This document shows, piece by piece, positions 1 to 13,593 of a stretch of 64,000 bases of DNA. The DNA lies in assembly GCF_001194135.2 (NCBI RefSeq), contig NC_068987.1:11704034-11768033 (forward strand). The letters run 5' to 3'. The translations under genes and the position numbers were made by a program. The stretch is from Octopus bimaculoides (lineage: Eukaryota). The first letter of the stretch is position 1. Every line of letters begins with the position of its first letter. The notes below the pieces were generated by a model. It was not told the origin of the DNA. It saw nothing but the letters and a program-made list of their open reading frames with translations, and searched no databases.

Positions 1-73
1 TCCATTAGTGTAATGGCTATAAAAAACATATACTCTTACTGAGCTGAAATATGTCAGCGAAACAAATCATAAA

Positions 74-288
74 CCCTTTCTATTACGGGCACAAGGCCTG
101 AATCTTTGGTGGAGGGGGCTAGTCAATTATATTGACCTCAATGTTTAAATGGTACTTATTTTATTGATTATAAAAAGATGAAAGGCAAAGTTCACTTCAG
201 CAGAATTTGAACTCAGAATGTTAAGATGGCTGAAATCCCGCGAAGAATTTTGCCTGGTGTGCTAAGAATTCTGCCAGCGCGCCACCTT
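74..288 (-). mobile_element. tRNA-derived SINE family B, degraded copy
   Basis: Head with a GAGTTCAAATTC B-box and a GTCGACTTTGCCTTTCATCC...GTCGATAAA..GTACCA-type core. Other copies near 6880-7095, 9248-9465, 22490-22670, 28335-28545, 34660-34873, 39735-39945, 42836-43055, 45063-45300, 45575-45780, 47420-47730, 53030-53462. Confidence 0.8.
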
Positions 289-349
289 CAAATCATAGAA
301 ACAGTAATTATAATTATTGCTTGATGTTTATTATCAAGAAATTACTTGC

Positions 350-445
350 CTGGGGGCAGAACACTTGTTGCTATTGTTGACACCATTGTTACTGGGTTTC
401 TAGTTGTGGATGGTTGATTCAAGGGTCGAGCTTTTATAGGAGTGA
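350..445 (-). CDS. Exon 38: P/T-rich linker exon (GC donor, or reads through to a stop at 342-344)
   Basis: gtttttcag|[31 protein letters not shown] then CAG|GCAAGT; 96 nt, phase 1-1 if the GC donor is used. Confidence 0.78.
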
Positions 446-1350
446 CTGAAAAACAGCAAAGGAGTTCAGCAGATAAAATCAATACCATTTTTCAAACTTA
501 AAAAAACAACCCCCCCACCCCAACCCCCCAAAAAAAGAAACCTAAAAAACAAACAAACAAAAAACAGTTCCCTTCCCCTGAACAAGCTCTTATCCATTTA
601 TCTGTTTGTCTGTTATGCATATGATTAACAGTTTAATGACTTTCCATGTTCAGATATTAGCATAGATTGCTGGCCCTTGACCATTTTAGCATGAGTTGGA
701 TGGATGTTTATTTCTGATTGGCTGTGTGGTAGGAAGCTTGCTTCCCAACCACTTGATTCTGGGTTCAGTCCCACAACATGTACAGTGGGTACAACTCAGA
801 GTAATTTCCAAATCAACAACATATAACCAAGTAAAAACTAAAGCAGACATAATGTTTAACACACCAAACGATGAAATATGAAGATTGACTGACCTGCACA
901 CTTCAGTGAATTATAGTTAATGTCATCTAAAGCTAAATATCCATTGGCATTTTCTTCTATCTCAGCTCTTATTAATAGGGTGAATGAAGAATCACTTTTT
1001 ATAAAGAAAGTTCCTTGAGACCATGCAGAACCTTGTGAATCAGATAACTTCCACATTAATGTGCTTTGATTTGCGGTCTGAAATTAAAGGAAAATCAGAA
1101 CATGAATTAAGAAAAAAAAATAAAAGTCTTTTAAATTCCACTGAAACATATTTTAGAATAGTTTACCACTGTAAATATATGTAGGAGTGGCTGTGTGGTA
1201 AGTAGCTTGCTTACCAACCACATGGTTCCGGGTTCAGTCCCACTGCGTGGCACCTTGGGCAAGTGTCTTCTACTATAGCCTCGGGCCGACCAAAGCCTTG
1301 TGAGTGGATTTGGTAGACGGAAACTGAAAGAAGCCCGTCGTATATATATG

Positions 1351-1407
<57 letters not shown>

Positions 1408-4400
1408 GTGTCTGTGTTTTCCCCCCCAACATCACTTGACAACCGATGCTGGTGTGTTTACGTCCCCGTAACTTAGCGGCTCGGCAAAAGAGACCAATAG
1501 AATAGGTACTAGGCTTCCAAAGAATAAGTCCTGGGGTCGATTTGCTCGACTAAAGGTGGTGCTCCAGCATGGCCACAGTCAGGTGACTGAGGCGGGTAAA
1601 AGAGTAAAAAGAGAGTATATAAGGGAATGCTGAAAAGTTCCTGGTAGGAAGAAGGACAAATAGCATTAAGAAAGATCTGGTAAAATATGGAGTTCTACTC
1701 ATGTCTGATTACAGCAGCAGAGTACTGCAGTTAGAGAGATGATGGGTGGTGGGAATGTCTTGAGGAGAAAATAAGACAGGAGGACAGACTCACTAATGAA
1801 ATCTTGAAATAATTTCTGTTATGTCTAGTTAACATTTAAACTACTTTCAGCCTTGAACAAAACTCCAATGATAGAGATGACACTGACTTTCATCTTTCTG
1901 ATATCTGTGTTCTGTACATTTCCTAATATGTAGTTTGAGCCTCTGTAATGTGAGGCGCCATAGAAAAAAAAATTACCAGTAGGAGTCGGTGGTGACTCCC
2001 ATAGTAAATTAATTTCTTTTTTTTTGTGTTTTGTATAATATATAAATATTATATTATTTCATTATAAAATATAAATATATTATTTCATTATATTATTTCA
2101 TATAAATATCATATTATTTCATGGTGGTGCTCCAGCATGACCGCAGCCACTTGGCTGAATTGCATAAATAAATAAATAAATAATTTAAATATCATAAAAA
2201 TAATAATTATCTTAATGGTATAGTACCGCCTGATTGGCCTTCGTGCCGGTGGCATGTAAAGGCACCCATTACACTCTCAGAGGGGTTGACATTAGGAAGG
2301 GCATCCAGCTGTAGAAACTTTGCCAAATCAGATTGGAGCCTGGTGTAGTCATCTGGTTCACCAGTCCTCAGTCAAATCGTCCAACCCATGCTAGCATGGA
2401 AAGCGGACGCTAAACGATGATGATGATGATGATGTATATAAATTTAAATTATATTTGAGTATAAAATAGATTGTTTAATCTTATTGTTTTTGATAAATAG
2501 TTGATAATATTTATTTGTATATAGTGTTGTTATATTTTGATTAAATTGATTATAAGTATGTATTTCTTTAGAATATTAGGTAATAATAGTTGTAAAACAT
2601 CATTTTTATCCTCTACAAACTTTTCCTTCAAAAATGTTTGTTTGGAATTATTCAACAAGAGTTTCTCATAATTAAATCTTCATATTTCAATTTTAATTCA
2701 CTGATATTTTTGGCCACACTGGCAAAAGAACATCAGGAATTATATCTAAATTAGAAAATAGGTAAATTACCTGCATGATAACAGACAAATTTCCAATATT
2801 GTTTCCATTTATAATGTACCAAAACTTGATACAAAGACCAGAACCACTTGTTTTATCAAAAGAAATAGAAACCAAATCTCCTTTTGTTTTCACTTTTGAT
2901 TGAGATACACCTATGTACATCATACTGTCTGAAAAAAAAAATGTTTGATTCCATTTAAAGCAGTTACATAGTAATAATATTCAAAGTTAGATATGGATTT
3001 CATGAAAAACTTAATAAATATTACATGGCTTTTATTTTTGTATTGCAAGGCATTTAATATTTGAAGGAATGAATAATGTGAAAATAAACTGTATTTGAAA
3101 ATATTTTATGAAAATGAATATTCTACTCTCTCTTCAAAATGTGAGTTACCATGTAGCTCCTACAAAAGAGTGGAGGCGCAATGGCCCAGTGGTTAGGGCA
3201 GCGGACTCGCGGTCATAGGATCGCGGTTTCGATTCCCAGACTGGGTGTTGTGAGTGTTTATTGAGCGAAAACACCCAAAGCTCCACGAGGTTCTGGCAGG
3301 GGATGGTGGCGAACCCTGCTGTACTCTTTCACCACAACTTTCTCTCACTCTTACTTCCTGTTTCTGTTGTGCCTGTAATTCAAAGGGTCAGCCTTGTTAC
3401 ACACTGTCTCACGCTGAATCTCCCCTGAGAACTACGTTAAGGGTACACGTGTCTGTGGAGTGCTCAGCCACTTGCACGTTAATTTCACGAGCAGGCTGTT
3501 CCGTTGATCGGATCAGCTGGAGCCCTTGATGTCGTAAGCGACGGAGTGCCAACAACCTACAAAAGAATCTGCTCAGCCCCACCCACTTCTCTCATACCTA
3601 AACCCACATCTCGTAGCATAAAGCCATCCCATCTACCAAGTTTTTTAGTCTTGTGAGTTGCATCGCAACCTCTCTAGCGCTGGTAGCAGGAAAAAAAGCA
3701 GCTGATTAATAAGATCAGCTGTAATGTATATATATAATAATAGTGTACACTTCGATATATATATATATATATATACACTAAACTCGGCTTGCGAAGACCT
3801 GTTGGGGCAAGCGAAAGCAAAATCGTGATGGCACCTGGGCCCAGCGTTGCCTTCTTGGCACTTGTGCTGGTGGCACGTGTAAAGACATTTGAGCAAGATC
3901 GTTGCCAGTGCCGCTGGGCTGGCTCTTGTGCAGGTGGCACGTAAAAAAGGAGCACTCTGTCGGTTACGACGACGAGGGTCCCAGCTGATCCGATCAACGG
4001 AACAGCCTGCTCATGAAATTAACGTGCAAGTGGCTGAGCACTCCACAGACACGTGTACCCCTAACGTAGTTCTCAGGGAGACTCAGCATGACACATAGCG
4101 TGACAAGGCCGGCCCTTTGAAATACAAGTACTACTCCTTTTTGCCAGCTGAGTGGACTGGAGCAATGTGAAATAAAGTGTTTTGCTCAAGGACACAACAC
4201 GTCGCCAGGAATCGAACTCATGACCTTACTATCATGAGCCAAATGCCCTAACCACTAAGCCACGCACCTTCAACTGTTGGGCCTTACAGAGGGGATGATA
4301 AGAGATTGAGACTTCTGGCAGTTTGCTGTGCTTGAGAAGACATGTGAAGCTAAATAAAATCGTGGTTGTCCTTGCAAACAGGCTTGTCCCCTACATCCCT

Positions 4401-7400
4401 TTTCAGCTGAGTGATCCTAATCTTGCAGGTTCGTCGGTGCTGATGTCATGTAAAAAAGCAGCCATGCTGGTACCACATAAAAAGTACTCAGTACTCTCTG
4501 TAAAGTGGTTAGCATTAGGAAGGGCATCCAACTGTAGAAACCAAACCAAAACGGAGATGAAGCTGGACAGCTCCTATCAAACCATCCAACTTATTGCCAG
4601 CATGGAAACGGATTTTAAATGATGATGATGATGATGATGATGTTGATGAAGATGATAGCATGGAAAGAAATCAGAGACAATTTGGGCAACAAAACATATT
4701 TGCTGCAAAATGTAAATTTATCTTTTAGCTTTGACTTACGAGCTATGGAAGTGTATGTGTGATCTTTAATAGAGCGATGTTCTCTTCGATATATCGTTCG
4801 GCCAGACATTCTTTCCCAGTTAACAGTGTTGTTTCCATCATTGTGCCAACCACAGGAACTTATTTCAAAGTGACAGTCACCTGATCAAAAGGGAACATAA
4901 GAGGATAAATGTGTCTGAAAACCAGAAAGACTCATTACATTTTTATTACTTAACACTAGTTCCTTGAAGGATAACACTTTGTGACATTCTCCCAGGAGGT
5001 CAGACATCTACGAGGAGGTCCAGTACAATATGAATGGCTCCAAAAGAAAACCAAGCATAGAATAATGCATACAAAAGTGTTAAAACATTTCATAGTTCAG
5101 GCAAAAAGCATCAATTGATATGACTCACATGTATATGCACAAACTTCAATCACTTTACTTTGGCTCAAGTAATATGAAACACATTGATGAGAATTGACTA
5201 TAAAATAAACACCATCTACACTGATTTTTAAGAAGTTTTCTGCCATTTAACTAATTGAATTAACAAATGTAATGAATACATGCAAAAGTGTTCCGTCGTT
5301 CAGCCAGTAAGAGAGTTTCTAAGTAGTCAATGAACTTGTTAAAAATAACAGCCAAATCCCTCTCATATTATGTTCTTTTATTCTTTTACTTGTTTCAGCC
5401 GGGTGACTGGCCATGCTGGAGCACTGCCTTAAAGGATTCTTTTTTTAGTTCAAGGAATCAACCCCAGGACTAGTACCTTGGAAGGGAATTTTCTCGGTGT
5501 AATCTCATGGTCATTCATGACCAAAAGGGGTCTTTTATTCATACATTCTACTCTCCTCAAAATGGCAAATTAAACACTAAATATCCTGTTGTATTAATAT
5601 AATTCTTTCTACTATAGGCACTAGTAATTTTAGGGGATGTTAGTTGATTACCTTGACTTCAGTGCTCAACTGGTACTCATTTTATCAACCTCTGAAAAGG
5701 TGAGAAGCAAAGTTGACCTTGGTAGTGTAGCGATTCAGGAAAGCTATTTTTGTTGTCATGGAAAAGCACAGTTGTGCTATGGCAACTTAGGCAAACAAGG
5801 GCTGGGTGCATATGAATACTAGAGGCAATTATCCACCCAATAAGCAAGTGTGCTTTTTTAACAGTCAGCAGAAAAACGTAAGATGAGCAACATTGGTTCT
5901 CCAAAGATGAGACCTGCCTTTTTGTTTTTCTCACCAACTTAGCGCCGCAAACTCTCAACGCTGACCACATCATGGACATCCTATTTCATTTTTGTCAACT
6001 TTGCCTTGTACAACTCTACCTATATCATGAGTGGTTTATTTCTGTTTATGCTAGATTCATCTCTGCTAGCTTTTAGTGTGCCTGTAATTCAAAGGGCCAG
6101 CCTTGTCACACTCTGTGTCACAATGAATCTCCCCAAGAACTACGTTAAGGGTACACGTGTCTGTGGAGTACTCAACCACTTGCACGTTAATTTCATGAGC
6201 AGGCTGTTCCGTTGATTGGATCAATTGGAACCCTCGTCGTCGTAAGCGACAGAGTGCCAACACAGCTTTTAGTAACTTCCAACTGAATCCATTCTTCAAT
6301 TGTAAGTTTTAACGTTTTCTCTGACTCTTATACATGCGCCCACTTTACTCATTGTCAGTTCACATTATTATTTTAATAAATTCATGCTTCTCAAAAGCAC
6401 ATTTGCTGGACTTTTCCATGAACACTTTCATACTTTAAATTAGTGACTCCCTCCACTAAAGCTAAAGCAGTATTTGAGCTCCGGATGTAATGAATTGGAA
6501 GAAATGCTGCTAAGCATTTTGTTTGATGTATTAACATTTCTGCCAGCTCACCACCTCCAGTTAATTTAATATAATGCCATCACTAATAACAAATGTGTTG
6601 TGCCTCCTTACGAAAAGGTATCATAAATAGGTTGGCTGAACCCTTCAAAGTTAAATGCTGTCACCCAATCACTTGGAGTAAAATCAATAAACTATAAAAC
6701 CTGTACGATAATGTGGACAAGTGGTTAACTTACCTGGCTCAGGACATGTTGAATTTAAAAGTCTGACATCATCAATACCTATTACGTCTCCACCATTAAT
6801 ACTTTCAAAGATAGCCTGCAATAAAATATAGTTGTCATAATCATCTTTATCACCAGCATTCTAGTCCTCAAATTAGTTTTAAATTTTGGCACAAGGCCAG
6901 CAATTTTGGAAGGGTGGGGTGGGGTAAGTACAATTACATCAGACCCTGTGCTCAGCTGGTTCTTATTTTATCGACCCTGAAAGGATGAAAGGCAAAGTTA
7001 ATCTTGGCAGAATTGGGACTCAGAACATAAAGATGGATGAAATGCTATTAAATATTTTGCCTAGCGTGCTGACAGTTCTGTCAGCTTGCCACCTTATTCT
7101 AATCCTCAATATCATTATCATGAAACTCTCACCGCCACTATTATTGTTGCTGCTGGCACTCCGTCGCTTACGACGTCGAGGGTTCCAGTTGAACCGATCG
7201 ACTTATTTGCCATGAAACCACCTCGATTCTGGGAAGAGGGAATTTTCAAGTTAAAGGAAAGATGGAGACGCATTGTGCAACAAAATGGTTCATATCTGGT
7301 TGATTAAAAATGTAATGGCAAGTATTTATTGACCTTTTTCTTTCCATTAAAAGTTCGGCACAAACTTTCCGGACAACCCAATATATTTTCCTTTAATTTA

Positions 7401-10202
7401 TCAATCATCATTGTCATCATCATTTAACGTCCGTTTTCCATGCTAGCATGGGTTGGACGATTTGACTGGGGACTGGCGAACCAGATGGCTACATCAGACC
7501 AGACTCCAATCTGATCTGGCAGAGTTTCTACAGCTGGATGCCCTTCCTAACGCCAACCACTCCGAGAGTGTAGTGAGTGCTTTTTACATGCCACCAGTAT
7601 GAGGGCCAGTCCGGCGGTACTGGCAACGGCCATGTTCAAATGGTGTTTTTTACGTGCCACCTGCACAGGAGTCAGTCCAATGTTTTGTTCACATGCGACC
7701 GGTTCAAGTGCCAGTAAGGCGAAGCGGGAAACTATTGCGCTCAAATGGTGCTTATTACGTGCCATCGGCACGGAAGCGAGACCGCTGCTCTGGCAGTGAT
7801 CCCGCTCGGATGGTGCTGTTAGCGCTCAACTGGCACGGGTGCCAGTCATCGAATTTGGTTCAGTTACTAAGTATTTTGTCTGATATGCTAATGATTTTGC
7901 TAGCTTGCTACCTTAGTTTAAGCCCATATTTGATACCATCTAATATAGATGAAGACAATTTTTGTTAGCTTAAAATATTCATACTCACAAATGCATTCAC
8001 GAAGTTTGGTAATGGGATATATTCTTCAAACCATGTCCTGCCTTGATGACCTCTTCTAGTCCAAATAGCTGCTCCAATTCTGTTAACATCGTTCACATTA
8101 GTTACATGAACATTGAGTCTACCAATTCTTGTCCCATACATGTGGTACCAAAATGATAAACATTGTCCATCTTTTAATGCAAACTGCGGTGTCCAAAGTC
8201 GTGCTATCTTACCTGTGGAAATTCTACGAGAGCCTGCACCCATGAAATGACCTGCAAATATGTATTATAGATAATTTAACACAACTTCTATGTTCTTTTC
8301 TGTTTTTGATTATTTGAATTCTTTCTACGAGGAAGAGCTGCTTTCTTTTCTACTCTAGGCACAAGGCCTGTAATTTTGGGGGAGGGGGCCAGTCAACTGG
8401 TACTTAATTTATTGACCTCAAAAGTATGAAAGGCAAACGTTGACCCAGGTGGAATTTGGTGGAGGAGCTGATTTCTAACAAAGATGTGAAGCTCCATTGT
8501 TGGAGTGTAGATAACAAAAACTAAAGCACATTTTAAACTTGAGAAAAGTCTCGCATATTTTTACTGTTCCACTTGCAGATTGTATTTGTAAAGTGCAAGT
8601 TTGTTGGTTGACTTCTTGTTCTGAAATCTCTAGCTTCTCCAGATGGTCACTTAAGCATTTACTAACAAAACCAAGTGCACCAATTATTATTGATATAAAT
8701 ATGAATCTATAATCTGGATGTAGAAGCTGTTGTCCAGAGTTATCCTCTTTTTCTATGATTTTTTAAGAGATACTCACATAAGCAGGACAGCTGATCTCTA
8801 TGATGGTATGTATGTATGTATGTATGTATGTCAAGAATTCTGGCCAATAGAGAAAGAGCTGGTTTCCAGCCTAGACTCAAGGATCTTTCATTGAAATTTC
8901 AACATCAACAACAGGGCATTTTTGTATGTATTATTCAGTTTATTTCAAGATTTCTTGTCAATAGAGAAAGAACCAGTTTCTAACCTAGATCCAAGGTTCC
9001 TTCATTGGAATTTTAATATCAGGAACAGCGTATTTTTATTTGTTTGTATGTATGTATGTATGTATGTATGTATGTATGTATGTATGTGTGTGTGTGTATG
9101 CATGTATGTATATGTGTGCGTATGCATGTATTTCTCTCTCTCTCTATATATATATTTATATATATCTATCTATCTATCTCTCTATCTATTTCTATCCCTC
9201 AATGCAGTGCGGAATACACGTTCTTACTGTTTGTTATTAGTGTGTGTGTAAAGCTGCGAACTGGCAGAAACGTTAGAATGCCAGGCGAAATGCTTATTGG
9301 TATTTCATCTGTCTTTACGTTCTGAGTTCAAATTCCACCAAGGTCGACTTTGCCTTTCATCCTTTTGGGGTCGATAAATTAAGTACCAGTTGCATACTGG
9401 GATCGATCCAATAGACTGGCCCCCTCACCCCAAAATTCGGGTCTTGTGCCTGGAGTAGAAAAGGATATTAGTGTGTGTGTGTGTGTGTGTATACATTTAT
9501 GTATTTGCTCTGTAAAATTCCTGATGTGTTGAAACATGTTGTTATACTTCAGGATGGTCATCTATTTTTTTTTGCCAAATAAACACCCACACTATATATT
9601 TGTTCTTCACTTCAGCTTTATTATTGTTTTCATCTTATTGTCCATTGTCTGGAAATATTTCGTCATACCTTCTGTGACCTCTTCAGTGACTCTCCATCCC
9701 TTGTGTCTCTTGCCTCCTCAAGAGATTTATGCTTAAATATTTTTATAGTAAATTATTTACACACCAAGTACTTTGATATATAAAATATAACACACCTTGG
9801 GTCTTATATACACAGGCTCCATGACTATCATGTATGTAACGCTTCTACAAGTTTTCTATACTCAACACAATGTGGCATATGATGCTTTCTAGCAAGTTAT
9901 CTTACAGTCAAGAGTTCATGATCAGAAAACACATGTATCACATGTATCAGGACAACACATGTATCACAAAGTGTGAATTAGCTAATATTACATGAACGCT
10001 TTGATATGAGACATTTTGGCATGGCTGTTTTGGCACTGCTTATTGGCATCACTGATTCAGTGCTGACTTATTTGACATCAGACTTTTTAATGCTCCCTTT
10101 CCTCTTCCTACCTGCTCACTCTCTGTGTAAGTGTATTTCTATTTATGTGTTATGAGGAGACAGCAAGTGTTTATTTCAATCCTGTTCAACTACTAAATTA
10201 GA

Positions 10203-10234
<32 letters not shown>

Positions 10235-10482
10235 TCTCTGTCTGTCTGTTTGTCTCTCTCTCTCTCTTCCTCCCTCTCACTCTCTCTGTTTGCATATATT
10301 TTTGCGTATATGGTACAGAAGTGGCTGTGTGGTAAGTAGCTTGCTTACCAACCACATGGTTCCGGGTTCAGTCCCACTGCATGGCACCTTGGACAAGTGT
10401 CTTCTACTCTACCCTCAGGTCTACCAAAACCTTGTGAGTGGATTTGGTAGATGGAAACTGAAAGAAGCCCGTCGTATATATG

Positions 10483-10513
<31 letters not shown>

Positions 10514-10778
10514 TTGTCCCCCCAACGTCACTTGACAACCGATGCTGGTGTGTTAACGTGATTACTCTTTTAAACTTTTACTTGTTTTCAGTCATTTGAC
10601 TGCAGTCATGCTGGAGCAACACCTTTAGTAGAACAAATCGATGCCAGGACTTATTCTTTGTAAACTTAGAACTTATTCTATCAGTCTCTTTTGCCGAACT
10701 GCTAAGTTATGTGAACGTAAACACACCAACATCAGTTGTCACGCAATGGTGAGGGACAAACACACAGACAGACAGACA

Positions 10779-10830
<52 letters not shown>

Positions 10831-12700
10831 CAACAAGATTTTTTCAGTTTCTGTCTGCCAAATCCTCTCACAAGACTTTGGTTGGCCCAAGGCCATAGGA
10901 GAAGACACTTGCCCAAGGTGTAACACAGTGGGACTGAACCTGGAACCATGTGGTTGGGAAGCAAGCTTCTTATTTTTTATTTCTTTATTGCCCACAAGGG
11001 GCTAAACATAGAGGGGATAAACAAGAACAGATGAAGTGATTAAGTCGATTATATCGACCCCAGTGCGTATCTGGTACTTAATTTATCGACCCTGAAAGGA
11101 TGATAGGCAAAGTCGACCTTGGCAGAATTTGAACTCAGAACGTAGCAGCAGACGAAATACTGCTAAGAATTTCGCCCGGCGGGGTAATGTTTCTGCCAGC
11201 TCGCCGCCAGCTTCTTACCACGCAACCACTCCTGTGCCTATTACAAAAAAAAAAAAAAAAAGAGAATACTCCCCCCACCCCACCCCTATCATTCATTATA
11301 GTTTGGATTAGAAAAATAAATTAAGTTTGATATTAGATTACATACCAAATACTGAATTTTTTGTGTGGTCTTTAAATGGGGATCTAAATCCAGAGTATGG
11401 TACCCACTTGTAGTCAACATCTTTATCTTGAAAATATTGGCAGCTACCAGATGATTCAAAGTCACAGTCAACAGAATTTGAGCTAATGTCTTCTGAAAAA
11501 TAAAGAAAAAAAAAACAGTAATAAGTAACATTGATGATAATAGTCGCTTCTGATATAAGTAGATCGACATCTTGATGATCATTTAACATCCGTTTTCCAG
11601 GCTGGCATGGGTTGGATGGTTCAAGAGTAACTGGCAAGGCCAAGAACTGCACCAGGTTCCATAGACTGATTTTGGCTTGGTTTCTACAGTCCTCTGGTAA
11701 TTACTATCCATGCCAAGCTCCCCTTGTATTCTCAACTCCCCTTTTTAACAGTAAGTAAACGAAATTACCTGCCTCGCTCGTTAACAGGAAGTAAATGAGA
11801 TTACCTGCCTCGCTTGCTAACAGGAAGCAAACGAGATTACCTGCCTCGCTCGTTAACAGGAAGTAAATGAGGTTACCTGCCTCGCTCGTTAACAGGAAGT
11901 AAACGAGATTACCTGTCTCGTGGAATCTAATTTTATTTTGTGTGCTCATGTTTAACATGAGTAAAAAGACAACTTGACTCTTAACTAAACAAATTTAAAC
12001 AAGCTTTCTTGTAACAAACATTTAAAAAAAAAATGCCCTTTCTAATGTCAGCCACTCTACAGAGTATACTGGGAACATTTTATGTTGCGCCAGCACCAGT
12101 GCTTTTTACGTGGCGCCATAACCAGTGTTTTTTATGCGGCACCATTATTACTGCTCTTTGCGTGACACTATAACCAGTGCTTTTTATATCGCAACATAAT
12201 CAATCCTTTTTATGCGGAGCTAGCACCAATGCTTTTTATGTGGCCCCATCCTCAGTGTTTTTATGTGACACCATCACTGGTGCTTTTTGTGTGACATGAA
12301 CACCAGTGCTTTCTATGTGACACCATACATAGCATACATATGTACATACATACATTCATACATACATATGTATATATATATGTACGTACACACACACACA
12401 CAACATACACACATACACACACATACACAAATTCTTCAGGCATAGAAATCAAGGAATAATGTAAGAGTGCACCGTTCATGCAGGTCTGAAGAAGAGCCAC
12501 TCTAATGTTTAAAACTGCATATATTTGCACCTTGCCAATACTCATGTTAAATTATGCAAATTTAGCCAGTAGTAGTAGTAGTAGTAGTTGTAGTAATAGT
12601 AGTGGTAATAGTAGTAGTAGAAATAGTGGCAGTAGTAGTAATGGTAGTAGTAATGACAGTAGTAGCAGTAGTAGAGGTTGTAGTAGTGGTAGTAGTAGTG

Positions 12701-12758
<58 letters not shown>

Positions 12759-13518
12759 AATGGGCACATGTGCTATAACAATGCATTGCAACACCCACCA
12801 CTTGTTGGTGATTCCCTGCTGCTCCTGGAGGATGATGTTTCCGCATCACCCAGGCAACAACCCTCCATCCCTGGTATCATCTCTTTGGGCGTCATTGCTG
12901 GTGAAGGTTTTATGGGGTCGGAGTGCAAATCCTGTCTCAACCTCTTTTGGCCCCATTTTTATGACATGCAAAGGAGTCAGCAGGTTTTTCAAAAACTAAA
13001 TATGAGATGAGAGGGTTGTGTTAGTATGCTTCTGAAATACTCTGTATCTATGGATACACAAAACTGTTAAGTTCTGCTCCTGGCTTTGAGTTTATTTTGC
13101 CCTCTAATGATGAATATTGGACTATTGAGGGAACATTTGCTTTTTAATGCTAATACAAGTTGCAATATCTCTGAAAATCTGAAGTAAATGGTTTTTTAGA
13201 CAAGTTGATCTCCACATCTGTTTGTTTGTCACAACATATATGTAGAAGAGGGAAAAGGGGAGGAATCAAAAAGGGAAATAATCCCAGTCACAACATATAT
13301 GTAGAAAGAAGGAAGATGAGGGGGGAGAAAAAGTTGGTGAGAGAGAAATACAGTTAGAGGGAGAGTGAAAGATAGATAGGTAGTGTTGTAACTGTTGTAA
13401 CTAAGAAGCTTTGATTAAAAGCATGGGGATTTTAAGTGCAAATCTGTCAACACAATGCAACAAAAATTTCAAAAAAAGACTTTAACAAATATTTTTACCA
13501 GCAGTGTAACGACCTAGC

Positions 13519-13593
<75 letters not shown>

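Noticed and set aside
11745-11920. CRISPR-like regular 36-bp repeats
   Set aside because: The units are contiguous with no unique spacers, there are no cas genes, and the context is a eukaryotic intron.
12505-12999. Long ORFs with poly-Ser/Thr/Leu/Tyr, and similar poly-His/Asp/Ile ORFs at 14944-15356 and 33412-34062
   Set aside because: They are translations of trinucleotide microsatellites and SINEs, with no splice or domain support.
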